Assembly (NCBI GenBank): GCA_042408215.1
Contig: JAYFMW010000001.1
Location: forward strand, 32,001 to 96,000
Origin: Microcoleus sp.
GTDB taxonomy: Bacteria > Cyanobacteriota > Cyanobacteriia > Cyanobacteriales > Microcoleaceae
Direction: 5' to 3'
DNA: 64,000 nt
The translations under genes and the position numbers were made by a program. A model generated the notes under the pieces. That model was not told the origin of the DNA and did no database searches. It worked only from the letters and a program-made list of their open reading frames with translations. Below, piece by piece: positions 1-10,119 of this stretch; within the stretch, counting starts at the first letter, position 1; every line of letters begins with the position of its first letter.

Positions 1-308
1 TGTAAAAAATGCTCCGTAACAACTAAATCGCTGTCAATAAAAATAATCGTATCGCCCTTGGCCTGTTCGACACCCAGATTCCGGGCCGCCGCCGGGCCTT
101 GGTGAGATTGTGCGATCGATCGCACATGAGGAAGCTCAACCGCAGTTGCGGCCAACCACTCCAGCGTGCCATCTGTGGAGCCGTCGTCTACTACAATTAC
201 CTCATAATCTGTGACAATGTTACCGAACTGCTGGTTTTCCAGAGCCAGTAGACATTTTGCCAAAATCGGTTTACGATTGTAAGTCGGAATCACAACACTA
301 AAAAACAC
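1..308 (-). CDS. Glycosyltransferase family 2, 5' part (runs off the window edge)
   Basis: Manual translation from GTG at 308: MFFSVVIPTYNRKPIL...VIVVDDGSTDGT...GPAAARNLG...IIFIDSD, typical GT2 motifs. Confidence 0.9.
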   Translation of the reverse strand, partial: MFFSVVIPTYNRKPILAKCLLALENQQFGNIVTDYEVIVVDDGSTDGTLEWLAATAVELPHVRSIAQSHQGPAAARNLGVEQAKGDTIIFIDSDLVVTEHFL

Positions 309-470
309 GGCTTTTCCCCATCGCCACAGCTACCGTATCCCACGGTAGCAGATTTTTCGCATCAACTTGACTGGGATATAGCAAAGTTTAGCAAAAAAAG
401 AATATCTAAATCTGTACCATTCCTGACAAGAATCGATCTCAATTAGGTGCATAATACAAATTGGTTAAAT

Positions 471-806
471 CTCAGATCTTGCACCATTCTCAAGAACAGG
501 CTGTCCGGCCTGTTCCACAAAAATTTAATTTTGTTGTGGGGTGGGCATCTGAGACTATTCTCCAGAACAGGCTGTCCGGCCTGTTCCACAAAAATTTAAT
601 TTTGTTGTGGGGTGGGCATCTGAGACTATTCTCCAGAACAGGCTGTCCGGCCTGTTCCACAAAAATTTAATTTTGTTGTGGGGTGGGCATCTGAGACTAT
701 TCTCCAGAACAGGCTGTCCGGCCTGTTCCACAAAAATTTAATTTATTGTGGGGCGGGCATCTTGCCCGCCCTAAAAGGCTTATTCGCTGCGGGTGCAAGA
801 TGTCAG
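471..806. repeat. Four tandem 71-bp units inside a REP/MITE-like element bounded by ATCTTGCACC...GGTGCAAGAT inverted repeats
   Basis: GAACAGGCTGTCC recurs at 494, 565, 636 and 707 (period 71); each unit has a GAACAGGC...GCCTGTTC hairpin. Confidence 0.9.
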
Positions 807-829
807 TTAAATTCAGGATGTAAATACCC

Positions 830-2032
830 ATGAGTCGCGCTAAAAAAGTTGTCCTAGCATATTCCGGCGGAGTCGATACCTCCGTCTGCATTCCTTACCT
901 CAAAAACGAGTGGGGTGTTGAAGAAGTAATTACTCTGGCCGCGGATTTGGGACAGGGAGACGAATTAGAACCGATCCGCAAAAAAGCTTTAGCATCCGGT
1001 GCTTCGGAATCTTTAGTTATTGATGCTACAGAGGAATTTGTCAAAGACTATGCGTTTCCAGCAATTCAAGCCAACGCACTTTACGAAAACCGCTATCCCC
1101 TTTCGACTGCCCTCGCTCGCCCGCTGATTGCTAAACTGTTAGTAGAAGCTGCCCAAAAATACGGTGCTGATGCGATCGCCCACGGTTGTACGGGTAAAGG
1201 AAACGATCAGGTACGGTTCGATGTGTCCATCGGCGCACTAAATCCCAAGATTAAAATCTTAGCACCGGCGCGGGAATGGAAAATGAGCCGGGAAGAAACA
1301 ATTGCTTACGGGGAGAAATGCGGCATTCCGTCGCCCGTGAAAAAATCTTCTCCTTACAGTATCGATCGCAATTTGTTGGGAATGGCGATCGAAGCCGGAA
1401 TCCTGGAAGATCCTTGGGCTGAACCGCCGGAGGAGGTTTATTTGATGACAAAGGCGATCGAACAAACACCCAACACACCCGAATACCTAGAAATCGGTTT
1501 TGATTGCGGAAATCCTGTCAGTTTGAACGGCAAAGATTTATCACCAGTCGCCTTAATTTCCCAACTCAACGAAATAGTGGGAAATCACGGCATCGGCCGG
1601 ATTGACATGATTGAAAACCGCCTAGTCGGGATTAAATCGCGGGAAATTTACGAAACTCCAGCGATTTTAGTTTTGATGCACGCGCACCGAGACTTAGAAA
1701 GTTTGACCCTGACAGCAGATGTCACGCGATACAAGCGCGGCATCGAAGAAACCTACAGCCAAATGATTTACAATGGTCTTTGGTACAATCCTTTAAAAAC
1801 AGCTTTAGACGCATTCATTCAGGACACGCAAAAGCGAGTTACTGGAACCGTGCGGCTCAAACTGTTCAAAGGAAATGCCACAATTGTCGGCCGCAAATCC
1901 GAAAATTCCCTGTACAGTTTCGACTTAGCAACCTACGGCGCAGAGGACGAATTCGACCACAAGGCGGCCGAAGGATTTGTCTACGTTTGGGGACTGCCAA
2001 CTCGCATTTGGTCGGAGAAGAATCGGGGTTAG
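830..2032 (+). CDS. argG: Argininosuccinate synthase
   Basis: [39 protein letters not shown]. Confidence 0.98.
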   Translation: MSRAKKVVLAYSGGVDTSVCIPYLKNEWGVEEVITLAADLGQGDELEPIRKKALASGASESLVIDATEEFVKDYAFPAIQANALYENRYPLSTALARPLIAKLLVEAAQKYGADAIAHGCTGKGNDQVRFDVSIGALNPKIKILAPAREWKMSREETIAYGEKCGIPSPVKKSSPYSIDRNLLGMAIEAGILEDPWAEPPEEVYLMTKAIEQTPNTPEYLEIGFDCGNPVSLNGKDLSPVALISQLNEIVGNHGIGRIDMIENRLVGIKSREIYETPAILVLMHAHRDLESLTLTADVTRYKRGIEETYSQMIYNGLWYNPLKTALDAFIQDTQKRVTGTVRLKLFKGNATIVGRKSENSLYSFDLATYGAEDEFDHKAAEGFVYVWGLPTRIWSEKNRG

Positions 2033-2056
2033 AATGTGTTAACAGTCATGGAGGCA

Positions 2057-2123
2057 AAGAAACCGGTTTTCTATCAAAAATCTTTGCTTTCTCAACCAGA
2101 GATAGGAAGAAACCCGGTTTCTG
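2057..2123. repeat. Dispersed inverted-repeat element (AGAAACCGG...CCGGTTTCT family)
   Basis: Related copies at 7653-7812 and 54304-54372. Confidence 0.8.
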
Positions 2124-2301
2124 ACCTCGACCTGCGTCCAGGAGTGACAAACAAAGTCCGCGCAACGTGAGACTAAGAGTAAGGTGGGCATTGCCCACCT
2201 TATTTGTTAAAGTATAGATAAAATAATTTAAAAATCCTAGTGAGTTTGGTATAATAGAAGTGGTCGGAATCTACAATCATAAAAAACTCCATAGAAAGCC
2301 A

Positions 2302-2889
2302 ATGATTGCAAATCAAAACCAAAATTACATCTCGCCGGAAGAGTATCTCAAATTAGAAGAACTCAGCCAGATTAAACATGAGTATATTCAGGGCGAAACC
2401 TACGCAATGGCAGGTGCAAGTGATGCTCATGTGACAGTTGCTGGCAACTTATTTGCACTTTTGAGAAATCATGTTCGCGGTAGTGGCTGTCGTGTTTATA
2501 TGTCAGACATGAAAGCTAGGATTGAGTCTAGGAATATTTACTACTATCCCGACGTGATGGTAACGTGCGATGAACGGGACAAAGCATTTCAATCTTTTAA
2601 AAGACATCCTTGTTTAATTATCGAGGTTTTGTCAAAAGGAACTGAAGGATTCGATCGGGGAGATAAGTTTGCTGATTATCAAGAATTAGAAACGCTTCAA
2701 GAGTATGTGTTAATTAGTCAAAAGCGGCAGCGGGTGGAGTGTTTCCGCCGCAATGCTGAGGGGTTGTGGGTTTTGTATTCTTACACGCAAGGAAGCTTAA
2801 TCCACTTAGCTAGTGTAGACTTTCGCACTAGCATGGATGCTATCTATGAGGATGTAATTTTTACCAACGAAGATATTGTGCTGAATTAA
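2302..2889 (+). CDS. Uma2/DUF820 family putative PD-(D/E)XK endonuclease
   Basis: ISPEEYL...KHEYIQG..AMAG, YYPDVMV, LIIEVLS, DRGDKF; ATG at 2302 preferred over the upstream GTG. Confidence 0.93.
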   Translation: MIANQNQNYISPEEYLKLEELSQIKHEYIQGETYAMAGASDAHVTVAGNLFALLRNHVRGSGCRVYMSDMKARIESRNIYYYPDVMVTCDERDKAFQSFKRHPCLIIEVLSKGTEGFDRGDKFADYQELETLQEYVLISQKRQRVECFRRNAEGLWVLYSYTQGSLIHLASVDFRTSMDAIYEDVIFTNEDIVLN

Positions 2890-2926
2890 CCATGCTATAA
2901 TAAGGATAAAACTTCACTCTGCAAAT

Positions 2927-3184
2927 ATGCCAAAATACCTGACAATTACAGAAGCGCAACAACAACTGCCAAAGTAGCCCGATGACTTAGCAGCAGAGCC
3001 AGCTATCATCACTAAGGATGGGAAACCGGCTATCGTTGCGCTCAGTTTTAAACAATTTGAATCTCTGTTAGAAACCATAGAAATTCTCTCGGATGGGGAA
3101 TTTATGGCTGATTTGCGATCGGGTATCCAACAAGCCCAGAGGGGAGAAACAATAGACTTACAACAGTTAAAAGCAGATTTATAA
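2927..3184 (+). pseudogene. Phd/YefM-type antitoxin with a premature stop
   Basis: Manual translation MPKYLTITEAQQQLPK*PDDLAAEPAIITKDGKPAIVALSFKQFESLLETIEILSD...QAQRGETIDLQQLKADL; TAG at 2975-2977. Confidence 0.8.
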
Positions 3185-3189
3185 CTTTC

Positions 3190-3969
3190 CTATACCTGAC
3201 TCAATATTTCCAAAAACTCCTGCACAACTAGATCCGGTTGTTCGCTGCATCGAGTAGCATCGTAATGTTTGACAAGACAGATGCCAGAATCTATCAAAAG
3301 CCCGCACATTTCATCTTCTGTGGCGTTTTGATGGGATGATTCGCTGTCAATTTTCAGTATCCCTAGCTTGTTTTGGTGGAAGATCAGAAAGTCAGCTTTT
3401 TGGTTTTGTCTCCCTGCGGCTGTTGGGATTCGGAGTTGGGAGTTGGGGATGAAGAGGGTGGAAGTGCGATCGAGCGTTTCGGCAATTTTCACTTGTGCGT
3501 CGGAGTGGAAGCAAAAACCATTCCAGTTAATTTCGTTTTCTGAGTCAGATAATTCAGTTTCACTGTCAGCATTTATTTTTTTATCTAAATCGGTTTGAAC
3601 ATAATCAGCTTCATTTAAGTTTGCGAATAATCTAGCTCCACTTAAGTTTGCTCCGCTGAGATTTGCACCGCTGAGGTTGACTTCGATCGTCAGATTTCGC
3701 TGTAGATTCACTTGAGTTCGCCGTAAGTATCGCTTTAAGACTGATTTGAGATTATCTTTTTTGACTTTTTCTTCTAGTGCTGTTGAAAGTAGTTTCCATA
3801 GTTTAGCACCAGCATCTTTGATATAATCATATTCATATTCAGTGCTGGCTGCAATTTCTTTATAAGACTGTCCTTCCCAGGATTGACGAAACACTATCTC
3901 TTGAATCTTGTTGAGGCGATCGTAGTTGAGGGCTGTTTCTGCGATCGCGATGGCTTCGTCAACGGTCAT
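3190..3969 (-). CDS. wHTH-like N-terminus, short pentapeptide repeat and degenerate DUF559/Vsr-like C-terminal domain
   Basis: SWEGQSYKEIA...GAKLWKLLS..L.EKVKK.N (like N-termini of cyanobacterial STAND NTPases); (ANLSG)n; ADFLI...LGILKIDS. Confidence 0.65.
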   Translation of the reverse strand: MTVDEAIAIAETALNYDRLNKIQEIVFRQSWEGQSYKEIAASTEYEYDYIKDAGAKLWKLLSTALEEKVKKDNLKSVLKRYLRRTQVNLQRNLTIEVNLSGANLSGANLSGARLFANLNEADYVQTDLDKKINADSETELSDSENEINWNGFCFHSDAQVKIAETLDRTSTLFIPNSQLRIPTAAGRQNQKADFLIFHQNKLGILKIDSESSHQNATEDEMCGLLIDSGICLVKHYDATRCSEQPDLVVQEFLEILSQV

Positions 3970-4227
3970 ATGTTAAACTCCCCTCACACCTAAAACTCTC
4001 ACACTATACCAGATTCTAGCGCCACAGTCCAGCCACTTGGTCGATCGACTTGGTTATTACTTTTATACTACTTTTCCAATACTTTTATATTACTTTTTTG
4101 ACTCTTAAGACAGATGTGGATTTGATAATATGGAATGTAATCAACAGAAACAGTGTTTGTGTTGGAGTCTCATAGAATATCCCAGCCTCGATCAAATATT
4201 GCTGATAATTAATTAATAGGAAGCTTC

Positions 4228-4641
4228 ATGTTAAGTAAAAAACTGCTAACATTCAGTTTAATTACCTTATCTTACATTGGTAGTGTAGGAGTATTGTCTA
4301 CTTTAACTACTGGCTGTGACTTGATAAAACAAGATAAATCCCTGTCTGCAAGTAAAGCAGAAAAAATAGTGAATAAATGGAAATCTTCTCGAAGTGGAAC
4401 AATTCAGATATTAGGAGTACGCGAAAATCCAGACAATACTGCTGTAGCTACATTACAGGCTTCCAATTTAATAGTTAAAACAGACTTTCTTGGCACAATA
4501 ACGGAGAAAAACTTTTCGGGACCGGGCGAAGCTAAATTCTCGCGCTATACCGATGGAAGTTGGGCGCTCACAGGATTGGTTTTTGGAAATGATATATTGG
4601 ATAGCTTTTGGTTTAAGGATCTCAATATAAAAGATGATTAG
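4228..4641 (+). CDS. Hypothetical exported protein, possible lipoprotein
   Basis: AT-rich 137-aa ORF with a hydrophobic N-terminus ending LTTGC; GGAAG upstream. Confidence 0.7.
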   Translation: MLSKKLLTFSLITLSYIGSVGVLSTLTTGCDLIKQDKSLSASKAEKIVNKWKSSRSGTIQILGVRENPDNTAVATLQASNLIVKTDFLGTITEKNFSGPGEAKFSRYTDGSWALTGLVFGNDILDSFWFKDLNIKDD

Positions 4642-4757
4642 GTGAAACTTGGCAAAAAGCAAGGGTACTAGCTTGATATCGCTCTCAACAACATCAGGCT
4701 AGTTATTAGAAAGCAATGTGACTGAACAACAATTATTAGTAGAAGAGGAAATTATTA

Positions 4758-5783
4758 ATGTCATCTGGTAGTAACGGTAGTGGTGGCGTACATTGGGTAG
4801 CAATAGGAGCGGTTGTTGCGGTTCTAGGCACAATTACTGGTTTTGGAGTCTTCCTTTTTGGAGATAAATTACTATGTAATTTGAAAGGCGTGAATATTGG
4901 CTTTCTGAAATGTGAGGAAGATGCTAAAGTTGTGACTCCAGCACCACCGTTCCCCCCCAAATTTCCTCCTTCATCTGAGCCTATTAAACAAGATATTATT
5001 CCTTCTTCATCACCGATATCCACTTCTTCTCCTGCGCCGGAGACTCCAGCGCCAGTTTCGCCATCGCCATCGCCAGTAAAATTATCTGCTGACGAGAAGC
5101 CCTGCACAGTAGAGCAAAATGGCAGTACCGTAAACCTTGGTTCTTTGGAACGTTCTTGCCCATTCGCTGGTAATGTTACTTCTAATAATCTAGAGAACCG
5201 TTACCGTTTTAAGATAGATAATCCCAGTAATATAAGCTTGTTTTTAGATGGTGTCAATAGCGAAGTAGAAATGTTTTTATATTCAGACAAAGATGGCACT
5301 GGAGTAATTCAATATCAACTTGAAAACACATCTGCTATTAAGTCAAGAACAGGAATAATCAAACAAGAATTGAATGTGGGTAGCTACATTATTGTTGTGA
5401 AAATGAAAGCTAGAGACACCCCATATTCACTTCAAATCATTAATAATACAAGTCAAATCCAAAATGTTGGTTATTTAGAAGAAAAAACCATCTCCAAAAA
5501 TGGCAGTATTAGTTTAAATAATCGAGAGCAATTTTACAGTTTCCAACTAGCAAATCCTAGCAGCATTAGTCTGTCTTTGGGTGGCGTTAATAGCGAAGTG
5601 GAAATGGTTTTATATTCAGACAAGAATGGAACAGGAGTAATTCAATATCAACTTGAAAATATATCTGCTTCTAACTCAAAGCCAGGAATAATTAAAAGCA
5701 ACTTAAGAGTAGGTAATTACATTGTTCTTGTGCGGTCAAAAGCTAGAGACACCAATTACACTCTTACTATGTCTGCTCCTTAG
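4758..5783 (+). CDS. Membrane-anchored protein with Pro/Ser linker and two PPC-like beta-sandwich domains
   Basis: N-terminal TM segment; two near-identical repeats Y.F...NPS.ISL.L.GVNSEVEM.LYSD..G.YI. Confidence 0.75.
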   Translation: MSSGSNGSGGVHWVAIGAVVAVLGTITGFGVFLFGDKLLCNLKGVNIGFLKCEEDAKVVTPAPPFPPKFPPSSEPIKQDIIPSSSPISTSSPAPETPAPVSPSPSPVKLSADEKPCTVEQNGSTVNLGSLERSCPFAGNVTSNNLENRYRFKIDNPSNISLFLDGVNSEVEMFLYSDKDGTGVIQYQLENTSAIKSRTGIIKQELNVGSYIIVVKMKARDTPYSLQIINNTSQIQNVGYLEEKTISKNGSISLNNREQFYSFQLANPSSISLSLGGVNSEVEMVLYSDKNGTGVIQYQLENISASNSKPGIIKSNLRVGNYIVLVRSKARDTNYTLTMSAP

Positions 5784-5844
5784 TTAATTCTTGAATTTCT
5801 CTTGAATCAGCAGTTTATGCTCTAGCTACCACAAAGTAATTACT

Positions 5845-6780
5845 ATGACTAATCCTCAAAACAACTCTAATCTTGCGCCTTGGAAATGGGCTTTAATTGG
5901 TGCTGGCTCAACTTTAGTGTTAGGCTTAGCTGGCTTTGGATTATATAATCTACTGAATCCTAAAACTTCTTCAACTTCAACTTCAACGCCAACGTCAACG
6001 TCAACTTCTGTAGCTAATGCAACTCCTGATAATTCTGTTGCTAAACAATTGATAGGTCAATGGGAAATCAAAATTTCAGGTAATTCTTTTACATTAATTT
6101 TTACGCAGGAAGGTAAGTTATTTATGTTGGAGACACCCACTTCAGCTACCGAACTGAAGTATCAAATTAACGTAACTCCTCAACCAAAGAATCTCGATCT
6201 ATTAGTAGGGACAAAAATTATCGCAAGGACAATTTTTGATTTCACAGCAGATGGTCAGTTGCGTTTAGAATTAGATAATATTGGAGAATCTCGACCGACC
6301 TCTTTTAGTTCCAATGTAAAAACTTTTCAGAAAATATCTGAGCAAACGACACTTCCCTCTAATGTTCAAGTAGTTAATCCAGAAGATCAACAAAGAAAGG
6401 TTAGACAGTCAGAAGCCAAACAGTATGTTAGTTCAATGATCAAAGCCCAACAAGCTTTTTACGCTGAGTATGCCACTTTTTCATCTACCATACAAAAATT
6501 GGGAATAGGTATCAAGTCAGAAACAGAAAATTACTCATATAGCATTGTTTTGAGTAAGGATAATCGTTGGGTGCAAGCAATCGGTTTAGCCAAGAGAGAT
6601 GGATTGAAAAACTATACAGGCATAGTTTTTTTAACTAAAACCTCTGATGGTCAATATACATCTACACAATCTAGACTTTGCGAAAGCACTCAACCATCAA
6701 AAGAGCTTCCAGGAACACCAACAGCTACTAATTCTCCTGACATGCAATGTCCTTCTGGTTATTCAGAGGTGCTGCGGTGA
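5845..6780 (+). CDS. Membrane-anchored protein with C-terminal type IV pilin-like G/H domain
   Basis: QSEAKQYVSSMIKAQQAFY...LGIGIKSETENYSYSI...LK.YTG.V...LCES...CPSG. Confidence 0.8.
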   Translation: MTNPQNNSNLAPWKWALIGAGSTLVLGLAGFGLYNLLNPKTSSTSTSTPTSTSTSVANATPDNSVAKQLIGQWEIKISGNSFTLIFTQEGKLFMLETPTSATELKYQINVTPQPKNLDLLVGTKIIARTIFDFTADGQLRLELDNIGESRPTSFSSNVKTFQKISEQTTLPSNVQVVNPEDQQRKVRQSEAKQYVSSMIKAQQAFYAEYATFSSTIQKLGIGIKSETENYSYSIVLSKDNRWVQAIGLAKRDGLKNYTGIVFLTKTSDGQYTSTQSRLCESTQPSKELPGTPTATNSPDMQCPSGYSEVLR

Positions 6781-6953
6781 AACTTTTCTCAAAATCATTA
6801 GATTTGATAATGCTTCCGAGATTCTACTGGTTCTCCCAGTCCGCGAAGGCGGACTTTGTTTGTGTAGACGCGATTTCCAATCGCCCCGAAATTTGCTTGT
6901 TTGTGTAGACGCGATTTCCAATCGCCCGGAGATTGGTAATTTCAATATCACCT

Positions 6954-7597
6954 TCACTCATCAGACTCAGACTCAAAATCCACGCGATCGTAAATATCAC
7001 CCAACGAAATCTCAAACTCCACACAATTCAATCTCAACACCGCATCAGCACCATCATACTCAGACAAAACCCACTTATTATCATCCCTCTTAACAAACTG
7101 TTCGACGTGCATCTCGTATTGATCTATCAAAACATACTCTCGAAAAGTAGGAATCGTGCGAAAAAGTTTAAACTTGCCGCCCCTGTCATAATCCGCCGTC
7201 GATTCCGATAAAACCTCAGCCACCATCACCGCATTAGTAATCGTATCTTTCCTACCTGAAACAAACTCCAACTTCCCCGCAACCAACATCACATCAGGAT
7301 AAGTATAAACCCGCTTTGACGGTATCCACAAACGCAAATCGTTTATAAATACTCGGTACGGTTGCCCTTTCGTAGCAAAATTCAGTGTGCCATAAAAATT
7401 GCCAGCTATTTGATTGTGATTCGGTGTTCCGCCTGTCATAGGGATTATCCTGCCATCCTGATATTCACTTCTAAATTTTGCCCCCTCTTCCAGCATTAAA
7501 TACTCTTCAGGAGAGTAATAACTCTGTGCTTTGTTCTCAACTTTGTCCTCAACTTTGTCTTCAACTACTTCGGCGCGAATTTCTGTTGATGTTGTCA
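6954..7597 (-). CDS. Uma2/DUF820 family putative endonuclease
   Basis: YYSPEEYL, SEYQDGRIIPMTGG, YTYPDVM, AEVLS.ST..YDRGGKF; start approximate. Confidence 0.92.
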
Positions 7598-7652
7598 TAG
7601 TATATCCTGTTGCGATCGTACTTACAATTATATAGGACTTACCCGCTCCGAC

Positions 7653-7812
7653 CAAAGAAACCGGGTTTTTTCCCGAATCTGCGATGCTCTAACGAAGTAT
7701 TTCGTAAAAAACCCGGTTTCTGGGCACCATGCGTAAGTCATCCCAAAGAAACCGGGTTTTTTCCCGAATCTGCGGGCGACAACGAAGTATTTCGTAAAAA
7801 ACCCGGTTTCTG
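7653..7812. repeat. Two tandem copies of the AGAAACCGGGTTTT...AAAACCCGGTTTCT element
   Basis: Near-identical ~68-bp cores starting near 7653 and 7745. Confidence 0.85.
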
Positions 7813-7837
7813 AGCCTCCACAAATCGAAACTACCGC

Positions 7838-8572
7838 TCACAAATCCTCATCTTGTGCTTCAATTACCTCTCCCTCAAACTCAAAACCCCGCTCCATACC
7901 ATCAAAATATTTGTCAATATTAGGCTTGATCCACAGCGCCGCTTCTCCGTATCCCAACTCCACAGCCTTATCAACTACCTCATACCAAATTGTCAAGTCA
8001 ACTCCCGCCGCTTGCACCGCCTCCAAACAATCCCAAACAAACTTTGGCACTGATACCGGCGACACCGCATATCTCAGCAATTCCTTAGCACCTTCTGGGA
8101 AAATAATCACATTGTTGGCAACTACAATCATACCTATATCTTCTTCATTTTCCCCTTGCCAATTCACTTCGCCATTTAAAACATAACCCCAAGGTTCAAG
8201 AAAATTGTCGATCAGATACTGCAACCATTCGACATAATCATAAAACTTTTCTGCGCCGTTCCATTTAATCCCCCCGCCGTCAGCAGTCGGAATCCACTTA
8301 CACCACAATCCTGGCTGAGTCTTGGGCGGGCGGTTGTAATCGACAACAGAAACTTCCGAATCTTCATCCCATTTTTCATTCACAAAATAGCAGCCTTCTT
8401 CGCCCACAGGTAAACCAACTGCTTCTCTTGCCGAATCGGGAATACTTTGCAAAATAGCAGGATTTCGCTTCATCCGTCTAGTCCGAGCAAACTCCAATAA
8501 GTAAATAGCTTCGCTGTCTAATAACCGTTTATTTAAATGAAATGTTCCGTCAAATATTGTAGTGTATCCCAT
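7838..8572 (-). CDS. Hypothetical acidic protein
   Basis: 244-aa ORF, MGYTT.F.G...QPGLWC.W...EKFYDYVEWLQYLI..FL.PWGYVLNGEV.WQGE; function unknown. Confidence 0.8.
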   Translation of the reverse strand: MGYTTIFDGTFHLNKRLLDSEAIYLLEFARTRRMKRNPAILQSIPDSAREAVGLPVGEEGCYFVNEKWDEDSEVSVVDYNRPPKTQPGLWCKWIPTADGGGIKWNGAEKFYDYVEWLQYLIDNFLEPWGYVLNGEVNWQGENEEDIGMIVVANNVIIFPEGAKELLRYAVSPVSVPKFVWDCLEAVQAAGVDLTIWYEVVDKAVELGYGEAALWIKPNIDKYFDGMERGFEFEGEVIEAQDEDL

Positions 8573-8666
8573 GATTTATACCTATTATAAATGCCTGGTG
8601 GATTTAGCGAGTATGGGTGTATATTAAAGACTAAAACCATCTTTATATCTCGCTTATTGCCGAGTC

Positions 8667-8750
8667 TCGATCCCCCTAAATCCCCCTTAAGAAGGGGGAC
8701 TTTGAGTGCTTCTTGTCCCCCCCTTTTGAAGGGGGGTTAGGGGGGATCGA
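8667..8750. repeat. Palindromic CCCCC/GGGGG REP-like element
   Basis: CTCGATCCCCCTAA...TTAGGGGGATCGAG with internal hairpins; related copies near 40178, 51339 and 63940. Confidence 0.8.
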
Positions 8751-8819
8751 GGAACTAGGGGGAGCAGATAGATTTTAAACAATTACCAATTACCTGTTAC
8801 CTGTTACCGATAACAAATC

Positions 8820-9443
8820 TTACTTAGTCTTGTCCAAACTCCGGGACTCCAACCAAATAGGAATTGCAATCCAAGCAACTGCTAAAAGTAAGGCAACTAT
8901 AGCAAATTGAGCGGCCCAAGCTACCAATTTCTCTAAAGACACAACTTGTCCTAAGAAGTATGATAAACTTACCATTACAGATGCCCAACTGGCGGCACCT
9001 AGAATATTGAACAGCGAAAATTTCCAAAAAGGCATTTCGGCAATTCCCGCTAGGGGGCTGGCAAAAATTCGCAGCAGTGCGATGAAACGGCCCAAAAATA
9101 CAGCCTTAGCTGCATTTTTGCTAAACTGTTCTTTTAAGTCAAACAGTTGTTCTTCTCGAAAGCGGAAGATTTTGCCGAGTTTCAGCAGCAGGGGCCAACC
9201 GCCGTATCTGCCGATCGCATAACCAAAATTTCCCCCCAATGTAGCACCCGCGATCGCACTTCCGAGCACAAACCAGTAATTCAGTTCCCCGCTACCAGCT
9301 AAAAACCCGCCAGCAATGGTAATAGTCTCACCAGGGAGAGGAACTCCCAGGTTTTCCAGCAAAATTCCCAGAAATACAGCCCAATAGCCGTAATCGTGAG
9401 CAAATTTCTGAATAGTCTCTAGCGATAAAAACTCAAAAGACAT
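8820..9443 (-). CDS. DedA family membrane protein
   Basis: ENLGVPLPGET, GGNFGYAIGRYGG, VFLGRFI.LLR. Confidence 0.95.
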   Translation of the reverse strand: MSFEFLSLETIQKFAHDYGYWAVFLGILLENLGVPLPGETITIAGGFLAGSGELNYWFVLGSAIAGATLGGNFGYAIGRYGGWPLLLKLGKIFRFREEQLFDLKEQFSKNAAKAVFLGRFIALLRIFASPLAGIAEMPFWKFSLFNILGAASWASVMVSLSYFLGQVVSLEKLVAWAAQFAIVALLLAVAWIAIPIWLESRSLDKTK

Positions 9444-9758
9444 TGGATGCTGCCTTCGTAAACTTTTGCTCTTCTCAATACTTTTATATATTGACTTGAT
9501 TCAGCCAATAGTGCAATCTTTCGCTGTGATGAAAAACACACTACATTGGCGATCGCTCGCCTAACTCAAAACCAATATTTCAGAGATAATAGATCAATCA
9601 GGAACTATTACGGTTCCATTCCGGGCGATCGCCAACCAGCCACGCTCGCGATTGAAATCGCTACTACACAAACTTGCGTCCACGCGGACTCAAGAATAAA
9701 GAGGGTATTAAAGCAGGATTTGGTATTATTCCCACGCTCCAATCCCAGAGTAACATTT

Positions 9759-10103
9759 ATGGTATTTTCCAACTTCCACGAACACATCGTCCTCCATCCT
9801 CAAAACTGCCTCGACTCCCAAGCAGGTAGTCTCCTACAACAACAGCTAGCAGAAATTGCGCCCGATCGATACAAACTCTGGGTAATAGACATGGCCAGCG
9901 TAGATTTCATCGACAGTTCCGGGCTGTGCGCCTTAGTGGGCGGGCTCAACGCCGCCCGCCACCGTGGATGTCGCCTTGTCATCTGCAACCTCTCAGCCAC
10001 AGTCAGGCTAATTTTTGCAATTACTCAACTCGACCAACTCTTTGAAATCTTCGACTCTATCGAGCAAGTGATCTCAACGGAAACTCCGGCCCTAGTTGCT
10101 TGA
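9759..10103 (+). CDS. STAS-domain anti-sigma-factor antagonist
   Basis: IDMASVDFIDSSGLCALV...ITQLDQLFEIF; ATG at 9759 chosen. Confidence 0.9.
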   Translation: MVFSNFHEHIVLHPQNCLDSQAGSLLQQQLAEIAPDRYKLWVIDMASVDFIDSSGLCALVGGLNAARHRGCRLVICNLSATVRLIFAITQLDQLFEIFDSIEQVISTETPALVA

Positions 10104-10119
10104 TTGAAGTACCCGACTT

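Noticed and set aside
461..670. 69-aa ORF, and likewise 23207-23395, 23287-23475 and 7610-7813
   Set aside because: Translations of non-coding repeats
487..770. Possible CRISPR array (71-bp period, palindromic)
   Set aside because: The would-be spacers are identical, so it is a tandem repeat
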